Virus record (IMG/VR): IMGVR_UViG_3300028591_000123
Location: 1-64,000 of that record
DNA length: 64,000 bases
Strand: one strand, 5' to 3'
DNA from: a virus
Shown piece after piece: positions 57,831 to 64,000 of this stretch. Positions within the stretch are counted from its first letter, which is position 1. Every line of letters begins with the position of its first letter. The notes beneath the pieces were generated by a model. It ran no database searches, had not been told where the DNA came from, and saw nothing but the letters and a program-made list of their open reading frames with translations. The translations under genes were made by a program, and so were the position numbers.

Positions 57831-58523
57831 TTAGAATCCCCAGTTGTTTACTTCCCTGATGGTGATGCTCCATGCGGATTCCTCTTCTCCCTCTCCTATG
57901 CTGTAATCGCATTCGGTCATGTATCCTACAACGATTGTAGGGAATAATGGAGAGATGACTGTCAATGGCCTGCCCTGCAGGTTGTCGAAGAATGATTTTC
58001 TCAACTCCACAAACTTGTCATCATAATCCTCTGGATAAACCCATAGGAATGAGAACTCCTCATCAGTATTGTAATGGAAGTCCTCGACGTGTATGTCAAC
58101 ATCCTGATTGTTGTTCTCATATGATAACTTTCCCGTCACAGAGCTGAGCCTTTGATGGACAAGAACTTCGAGCTGAACCTCGGCGAACCTGTCACAAGCC
58201 TTTTCAACAAGTATCATTCCCTGAGCGGAATCAAATTCCTCATAATCCTTCCCATGCGGCGTGAATTCAACATTCCGGACATTGAAATACATCGCATGAG
58301 GAGGTTCTACCTTCTTGTACTTATCCTTGGTCACATCATCCTTTGACACTATGCTGTTTGTTGTGTTTCCCGTGGTCTTGTCGGTGTATGAAGACCCCAG
58401 GTCCTCTGAAGATGAGGTCTTCTTGTTGTTGTTCTTCTGATTGTAATAGTTCTGCAGGTTCTCCGCGTCAGTATATCCGGGGATTATCAAGACAGAACCT
58501 TTTGTTAATGAAAACTCTGTCAT
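57831..58523 (-). CDS. putative tail-tube initiator / distal tail protein
   Basis: Between tape-measure-like and hub genes; GRPLTVISPLFP...GYMTECDY...WSITIREV. Confidence 0.55.
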   Translation of the reverse strand: MTEFSLTKGSVLIIPGYTDAENLQNYYNQKNNNKKTSSSEDLGSSYTDKTTGNTTNSIVSKDDVTKDKYKKVEPPHAMYFNVRNVEFTPHGKDYEEFDSAQGMILVEKACDRFAEVQLEVLVHQRLSSVTGKLSYENNNQDVDIHVEDFHYNTDEEFSFLWVYPEDYDDKFVELRKSFFDNLQGRPLTVISPLFPTIVVGYMTECDYSIGEGEEESAWSITIREVNNWGF

Positions 58524-58539
58524 AATATCTTATACCTCA

Positions 58540-61500
58540 TTAGTTGTTGTTTGTCTGGGTTGTTCCGGTAGGGAGGTTGTCCCCGTCGGTAGCTCCGACT
58601 GGGTCGTACTCCGCCTCCTCATCCTGTATGATCTTAGGATCGGATCTTTCCTGAACATCAATGATGGCGTTCTTAACCGCACTCTCAATATTCTTTGCCT
58701 TGTCGGCCGTGTTGATTTTGATGTCACGGAGCTTGAAGTTCTTATTCATGACCGTGAAGCTCGGAGCCTTTTTGAACAGGTTCACATTGAGTTTTGGTAT
58801 GGCTTTCTTGTTACAGATAGCCAATTGAACATAACGCTGCCTGTTGTTGTTATCATAATCTTTGCCACCACCGCCTTTTCCGGAGCCACCTGTCTCATCA
58901 TCAGCAGCATCTTCGGCATCCATATTGCTTTCATTGATTGTGTTTGTTAAGTTCATCAAGTATTTAATAACATCTGGATTATTCTTAACAACTTCATCAT
59001 TAAGTTTCATGATATCTGTTGCGTTATAATCTGAATAACCACTTGATGGAAAACCAGGGATATTTGATGCAAGTCTTTTCATGAAATTTCCAATAGTTGG
59101 ACTCTCATATTCCTTAGCTATGTCAGTATACTTTTGGTGGGTTTTCCAATATGAACCATTTTCTACTCCATATTTTTTCAAATATTCTTCAGAACTTTTT
59201 TGAGCTTTCTTCATAGCTTCAGCTGGAGTATCTCCGGCGTTCAATCTTTCGTAATATTTTGCCTGATACGCTTGAGTTTGATATTTGGTATCCATTGCCT
59301 TTACAGCATTTTTATACTCATCGCTGCTTTTATTTCCGTCTTTAATTATTTTGTTTAATTCTCCAACACTCTCTACTGGAGTATCAGATACGGCATTATA
59401 AGAATCAACGGCTGCTTCATTCGCTGTACTGACAATAACTTGACTTAATTGTTGACTAATAACAGCTAAACCTTGGTTCATTGCCTGCTCAACACTAACA
59501 CTTGATCCAGTATTAGAGTGAATACCGCTGCTGGTAGCTAATTGAGAGTATAATCCTTGTGTTTGATTAATTAATTCAGGTTTAACTTGTGTTTCAGCAA
59601 CTTGATATAAATCGTTTAAAGTATGTAACATTACTAATTGTTGGGCCGCGATTTTACTAATACCTAAACGCTGACCAAGATTAGCGAATTTCTTATCAAT
59701 GTTTTGAATATTTTTTAGAACTAATCGACCATTTTTGAATTCAAATCTAAAGTTCTTACGTTCAAAGCGGTTTAATTGTTTATCATATTGTTTTCCAAGT
59801 TTCGCTAATTGAGTTGCTGAGTATCCTCCATTGTGAGTACCAATATCATTCCAATAACTATTATATTGAGGATATAATCCCTTATTTCCTCCAAAGATTG
59901 TTGATATGTCATTTCCGCCAACATTCCTTTTATCAAATGACGCCGCTAACTTTTCAAAATCTGTTTCCAAATCCTCAGCGTTTTTAATACGAGTAGTAAA
60001 CTGCAATCCATTTTCAGATGATTGAGCAATATCTTCAAGATATTCCTCTCCTTTATCTGTGAGTCCAAATTTTGTTTTCCAAGCATTAATGTCAAGTATA
60101 TCTCCTAAACCATATTCATCTTTAGAATTCTTAATACCGCTACCTTCATACCATTCCGTGAAATCAGCTTGTGTTCCGTAATGTCCTAATTGTCCGGTAT
60201 CATCTTCAACATTAGCTTCATTTCTTAATGCCGCGGTCATTTGCAATTGTGATGTGTACAATAATCGAGTATTTGCTTCAAGAGCGGTTAAATCTTTATT
60301 GAGCTGTTCTGATTCAGTTAACTCGAGATTCTCATCCGTTAAGAGTCTGAGATCCTGCATTGTAACATCTTTATCCCGACCTTCTTTCAAAGCTTCTTCG
60401 ATTGCTGTTTCCTTATCATCTTCACTAACATTGGAGAAGTTTTCATCAGCTCGTTCTTTGCTGGTTAGGAAATTTGATTCAGCTTGTGAATATCTCTCCT
60501 GAGCCTCGGACGTTTCTGTTTGGATTTTTGTGATTCTTTCAGATTCCTTTTCAACGACTGCGGAATAGGCTTGCATAACACCTTGGAAGATAGTCATTGC
60601 GGCCATCATTGGTCCGCCCATAAGATTGGTTACTGATCCAATAGCTCCTCCTAGTTTTCCGAGAGCTCCTGTTGAGTCCTTTATTCTTTCACCGAAGCCT
60701 CTGGTTTGTACTTGACCATCCTTGTCAGTATAAGTGGATGGGGCGATACCAAGACGTGCCTTAAATCTTTGGAAAGGACTTAGTCCTGACATATACTCTT
60801 TCATCAATATATCTTTTCCAGCACTATCAGGTAATGCTCTAAGTTGTTCAAATGATAAACTACCTTTACCTGGTCCATATTTAGCGTTCATTTGTTCTGC
60901 GTGTCTTTTATTATTTTCGGCAATATCATCCTGATATTTTTTAACCTTGTTAGCTTGTTTTTCATTCAGCTTATCTAATCGTACAGCTCTTTCCTCTGCC
61001 GTACTTTCAACACCAAACAACTGATCCAAACCAAGAAGAGGGTCTTCTAAATTCTTACCATCAACTTGTTTTCTTCGCCATTTTGAAACAGCTTCCGGAT
61101 CACGATAAACAGGTCCATAAGGACGTACAAAAGGTGGTAGTTCAAATTCATCCCTAAATGGTGTCAAATCCGCATTCGCAAGATTAGAAAGAAAATCATC
61201 ATTTAAATTATCAAGTAAAACAACATCTCCAGTTCCAAAGAATCTTCCACCCGCATACGTATACTCACCACTTGCATTTTGCAATATTTTCTCACGTTTA
61301 GAAGCTTTATACTCTTCACTATTGAAATACTCATCATTAATTTTATTCATATCATCAGGATTCAAGAATCTGCCTTCACTCAATATTCTTTCCAAAGCTG
61401 ATAATTGCTGAGATTCTATTTGCTTAATCTCTTCCAATTTTTCCTCAAACTTCAACATGTTAGTTATTGTTCCGAATTGCTTCTGACCTTCTTCGGTTAG

Positions 61501-63999
61501 GAAATCATCAAAACCTGGTAAATTTGGAGTATCAGCCTGACGAGCATAAACACCTTGTTTGATATTGCGTCCAAATAATTCCTGTTCTTCTACACTAGCT
61601 TCTTTCCACCATTCTACAAACTTGTCATGATCAAAGAATCCCTTTTGTGCGCTTAACAATTCATTTTCCGCCAGCATCTTGAATGGGTAACCCCTTACAC
61701 TTTCAGGGGTATCTCCACGCCCTTCATGGATTTTCATTCTACGATAAGGATTTCTCGTTTCATCCAATTCATCAATAAGTGCTTTAACGGTATGAACCGG
61801 AGCGATACCCTTCTCTATATTATCATCGAATTGACTTAATAATCTGGCGATATTTAGATTGTCATGAAGAACTCCTTTTTCTGATACAAATTTGTTTATG
61901 ACATCATCTTCAACATGGAACGCTCTGAACCAGTTGATCAATTCATCATAATTCTTTGCATAGAAACGGGAATAGGCTTCCTGTTGTTCTCTTAATGTAC
62001 CATTAACAATCTTGTCCATATAATAAGCATGGGATTTCTCTTGTTGAGCCTTATTACGATCACTTAACCCTTCTATTGTTTTTGCCATGTTTTCAACTTG
62101 ATTTGGTTCTGGAACGGTGAATACTCCTTTTTCAACTTCATCATTAAGGAGTGAACCCTGACTGAATGAAGGAGTAACGTCTCCTATTGTTGTTATTTTT
62201 GGTTCATCAAGTTCAGGCATATTAGGATATCTTTCCTTCATTGCAAGAATTGTTTTTCTTGATTTATCTATATCCCTAAATTGACCATCCCTATTTATTG
62301 TAGGAGTGAGACCAAGATAATTACCATCTTCATCATAACTATGATAATAACCCAATTCACTATTCGCATGAATACGTTTATCCTGATCTTTTATGATTGC
62401 AGCATCTTCTTCCTTAATCTGTTCTCTAAATGCAATCATTCGTTCATAATATCTTCTAATAAACTCTTCCCGTTCTTTAACTCGCTTGTTGAATTCTTCA
62501 ACAATTGCCGGATCAGCCCAGTCTTCATTATCCAAACCAAAGAAACTTCGTCTTCTGCCGTCTATATCAATTTTAAATAACTCGTCAAATTCGTCATTCA
62601 ATCTTTGAAGTTCTTCTGTTTGATATCTTAAATCCGTTCTTCCATCAGTTCGAGCTATAATGCTTGTACTATACAATAAATCTTCCATACGGGCGTGAGT
62701 GACACGATATGTGTCAGCCACAACTTTAGCGGCCATAACTTCATTAGTCAATCCCTCGGTTATATTATAAATAGGGTTGCTGAGGTTACCTTGTGTCTTT
62801 TCAAGACGAGGCATTGGAATAGCTCCCTCAGGCAAGCTGGCGTCAGAATCCTTAAGAGCCTCCATAACCTGCATTATGCCTGCCATTCTAATTGGCACAG
62901 CTCCCATTCCATGGAAGCCCTTCGCTCCAATATTGCTGTGTAATCCACCAACAATTTTTGTCGGATCCGCAACACCATTTCCATCTAATTCCATTCCGAA
63001 TTGTTTGCCAATCCAATTAATAAATTGATGAGCATCATAATCATTGATTGAATTTCTTCTTAATTCCTCAAAAAGATCTTCAACTCCCGCGAAAACCTCG
63101 TCTGGTGCTAAATCTCGAACCCTTGACGCCATTGTTTCGATGCTTTCTTCTTTAAGGATTCCGGCACTATCCCATGCTGACGGACCCCTTTGTGTTCCTT
63201 CTCCTGATAAAATATAATCCATTGTTGACTGAGCCATTTTACCATTATCAACACGTTCCTGAAGACTTTGTCTGATCACAGCCAAATCTTCTTCGTAAAG
63301 AGGATTAGGGTTCAATGTTTCACTAGCAGACCTGTTTAATTCAGCATAACTGAAAGCGGCTTTCCCTTGTCTGATATCTGCGGTTGCAGCGTCAATACCT
63401 TTGATCCGAGATTCCAGTTCTTCCAACTGGATCCTATCGTTTTCATCAATTTGAGCATCGCTTTCAATTTTCGCCGCCAAAGCGTTTTTCTTTTCCATTA
63501 ATAATTGTCTGCGTTTATCCAGATTAGCTAATGCTCCTTGCGTACCATTCATTATTTCATATTGCTTATTAAGTGACTCCGCAGCCAGCATCTGTAATAA
63601 CTGAAGGCTTCTTGCATCCTTAAAAGCGGCTGGTGGAATAGGATTTGATTGCTCTGCAACAACCCTGGCACGTTGTGGATTCTCGCGAGTATCCTTAGCC
63701 AACATCGTATTATACTCGTCCATTTGATTTCTATGAATACCCTTCAGAGTATCTTTATCAATGGACGGTCTAGTATATTCCAAATTGTTATCTTCATATA
63801 GTATTTTCTCAGCTGTATCGGCATTCAATGTTTCTAATAAAGGTGGTGTTTCCTGTCCAATGATAGTGTTTACAGTAGGAGTTGTATGAGCTGTTTCACC
63901 ATGTAAGGAAGCTTGATACATAACTCTCATACTATCCTCGAAAGCCGCTCTCTCCAAAGGATTGTTTCTCTGATGAACAATATCACTAACAGAAACAAC
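58540..63999 (-). CDS. tape-measure-like giant protein (5'-partial; frame open to the window edge)
   Basis: More than 1800 aa, helical, with GALGKLGGAIGSVTNLMGGPMMAAMTIF; canonical position before Dit/hub; no stop between 63957 and 63999. Confidence 0.7.
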   Translation of the reverse strand, partial: VVSVSDIVHQRNNPLERAAFEDSMRVMYQASLHGETAHTTPTVNTIIGQETPPLLETLNADTAEKILYEDNNLEYTRPSIDKDTLKGIHRNQMDEYNTMLAKDTRENPQRARVVAEQSNPIPPAAFKDARSLQLLQMLAAESLNKQYEIMNGTQGALANLDKRRQLLMEKKNALAAKIESDAQIDENDRIQLEELESRIKGIDAATADIRQGKAAFSYAELNRSASETLNPNPLYEEDLAVIRQSLQERVDNGKMAQSTMDYILSGEGTQRGPSAWDSAGILKEESIETMASRVRDLAPDEVFAGVEDLFEELRRNSINDYDAHQFINWIGKQFGMELDGNGVADPTKIVGGLHSNIGAKGFHGMGAVPIRMAGIMQVMEALKDSDASLPEGAIPMPRLEKTQGNLSNPIYNITEGLTNEVMAAKVVADTYRVTHARMEDLLYSTSIIARTDGRTDLRYQTEELQRLNDEFDELFKIDIDGRRRSFFGLDNEDWADPAIVEEFNKRVKEREEFIRRYYERMIAFREQIKEEDAAIIKDQDKRIHANSELGYYHSYDEDGNYLGLTPTINRDGQFRDIDKSRKTILAMKERYPNMPELDEPKITTIGDVTPSFSQGSLLNDEVEKGVFTVPEPNQVENMAKTIEGLSDRNKAQQEKSHAYYMDKIVNGTLREQQEAYSRFYAKNYDELINWFRAFHVEDDVINKFVSEKGVLHDNLNIARLLSQFDDNIEKGIAPVHTVKALIDELDETRNPYRRMKIHEGRGDTPESVRGYPFKMLAENELLSAQKGFFDHDKFVEWWKEASVEEQELFGRNIKQGVYARQADTPNLPGFDDFLTEEGQKQFGTITNMLKFEEKLEEIKQIESQQLSALERILSEGRFLNPDDMNKINDEYFNSEEYKASKREKILQNASGEYTYAGGRFFGTGDVVLLDNLNDDFLSNLANADLTPFRDEFELPPFVRPYGPVYRDPEAVSKWRRKQVDGKNLEDPLLGLDQLFGVESTAEERAVRLDKLNEKQANKVKKYQDDIAENNKRHAEQMNAKYGPGKGSLSFEQLRALPDSAGKDILMKEYMSGLSPFQRFKARLGIAPSTYTDKDGQVQTRGFGERIKDSTGALGKLGGAIGSVTNLMGGPMMAAMTIFQGVMQAYSAVVEKESERITKIQTETSEAQERYSQAESNFLTSKERADENFSNVSEDDKETAIEEALKEGRDKDVTMQDLRLLTDENLELTESEQLNKDLTALEANTRLLYTSQLQMTAALRNEANVEDDTGQLGHYGTQADFTEWYEGSGIKNSKDEYGLGDILDINAWKTKFGLTDKGEEYLEDIAQSSENGLQFTTRIKNAEDLETDFEKLAASFDKRNVGGNDISTIFGGNKGLYPQYNSYWNDIGTHNGGYSATQLAKLGKQYDKQLNRFERKNFRFEFKNGRLVLKNIQNIDKKFANLGQRLGISKIAAQQLVMLHTLNDLYQVAETQVKPELINQTQGLYSQLATSSGIHSNTGSSVSVEQAMNQGLAVISQQLSQVIVSTANEAAVDSYNAVSDTPVESVGELNKIIKDGNKSSDEYKNAVKAMDTKYQTQAYQAKYYERLNAGDTPAEAMKKAQKSSEEYLKKYGVENGSYWKTHQKYTDIAKEYESPTIGNFMKRLASNIPGFPSSGYSDYNATDIMKLNDEVVKNNPDVIKYLMNLTNTINESNMDAEDAADDETGGSGKGGGGKDYDNNNRQRYVQLAICNKKAIPKLNVNLFKKAPSFTVMNKNFKLRDIKINTADKAKNIESAVKNAIIDVQERSDPKIIQDEEAEYDPVGATDGDNLPTGTTQTNNN

Positions 64000-64000
64000 T

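Noticed and set aside
58530-58727. 65-aa ORF overlapping the TMP 3' end
   Set aside because: Alternative frame inside the TMP coding region, with no RBS and Arg/Thr-biased composition typical of off-frame reads.
20411-63028. Numerous short + strand ORFs opposite the structural genes (and short - strand ORFs opposite early genes)
   Set aside because: Shadow frames fully overlapping long, motif-bearing genes, with no RBS or recognisable motifs.
1-64000. tRNA/rRNA genes, integrase or att sites
   Set aside because: No cloverleaf or T-loop motifs, rRNA-like tracts or tyrosine/serine recombinase motifs were found.

Overview
The window reads as a 64-kb internal segment of a large tailed virus (myovirus-like: baseplate J and gp25-like genes) infecting a pseudomurein-walled methanogen (Methanobacteriales, probably Methanobrevibacter-like). 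Host evidence: an endolysin with pseudomurein-binding-repeat-like segments, archaeal TATA boxes, GGAGGTGA-type ribosome-binding sites, archaeal-type ThyA and a short XPF nuclease. Two convergent gene blocks meet at a 26-bp perfect palindrome (19680-19705). The + strand block (1-19673) covers replication, repair and nucleotide metabolism: DinG/XPD helicase, ThyA, Mre11, a split bacterial-type family C polymerase (PHP + DnaE core), XPF/ERCC4, dUTPase and NrdD. It also holds a stand-alone IS110/Nop-domain protein resembling TasA. The - strand block (19753-64000) is structural: a partial tape-measure-like gene, five split baseplate-hub paralogues with swapped accessory domains, spike, tail fibres, lysis genes, baseplate J/gp25, a baseplate protein with an inserted thermonuclease domain, and giant adhesin-like virion proteins. 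Capsid, portal, terminase and sheath genes are not recognisable in the window. No tRNA, CRISPR array or intact transposon was seen. All product calls come from motif recognition by eye; no database search was run.
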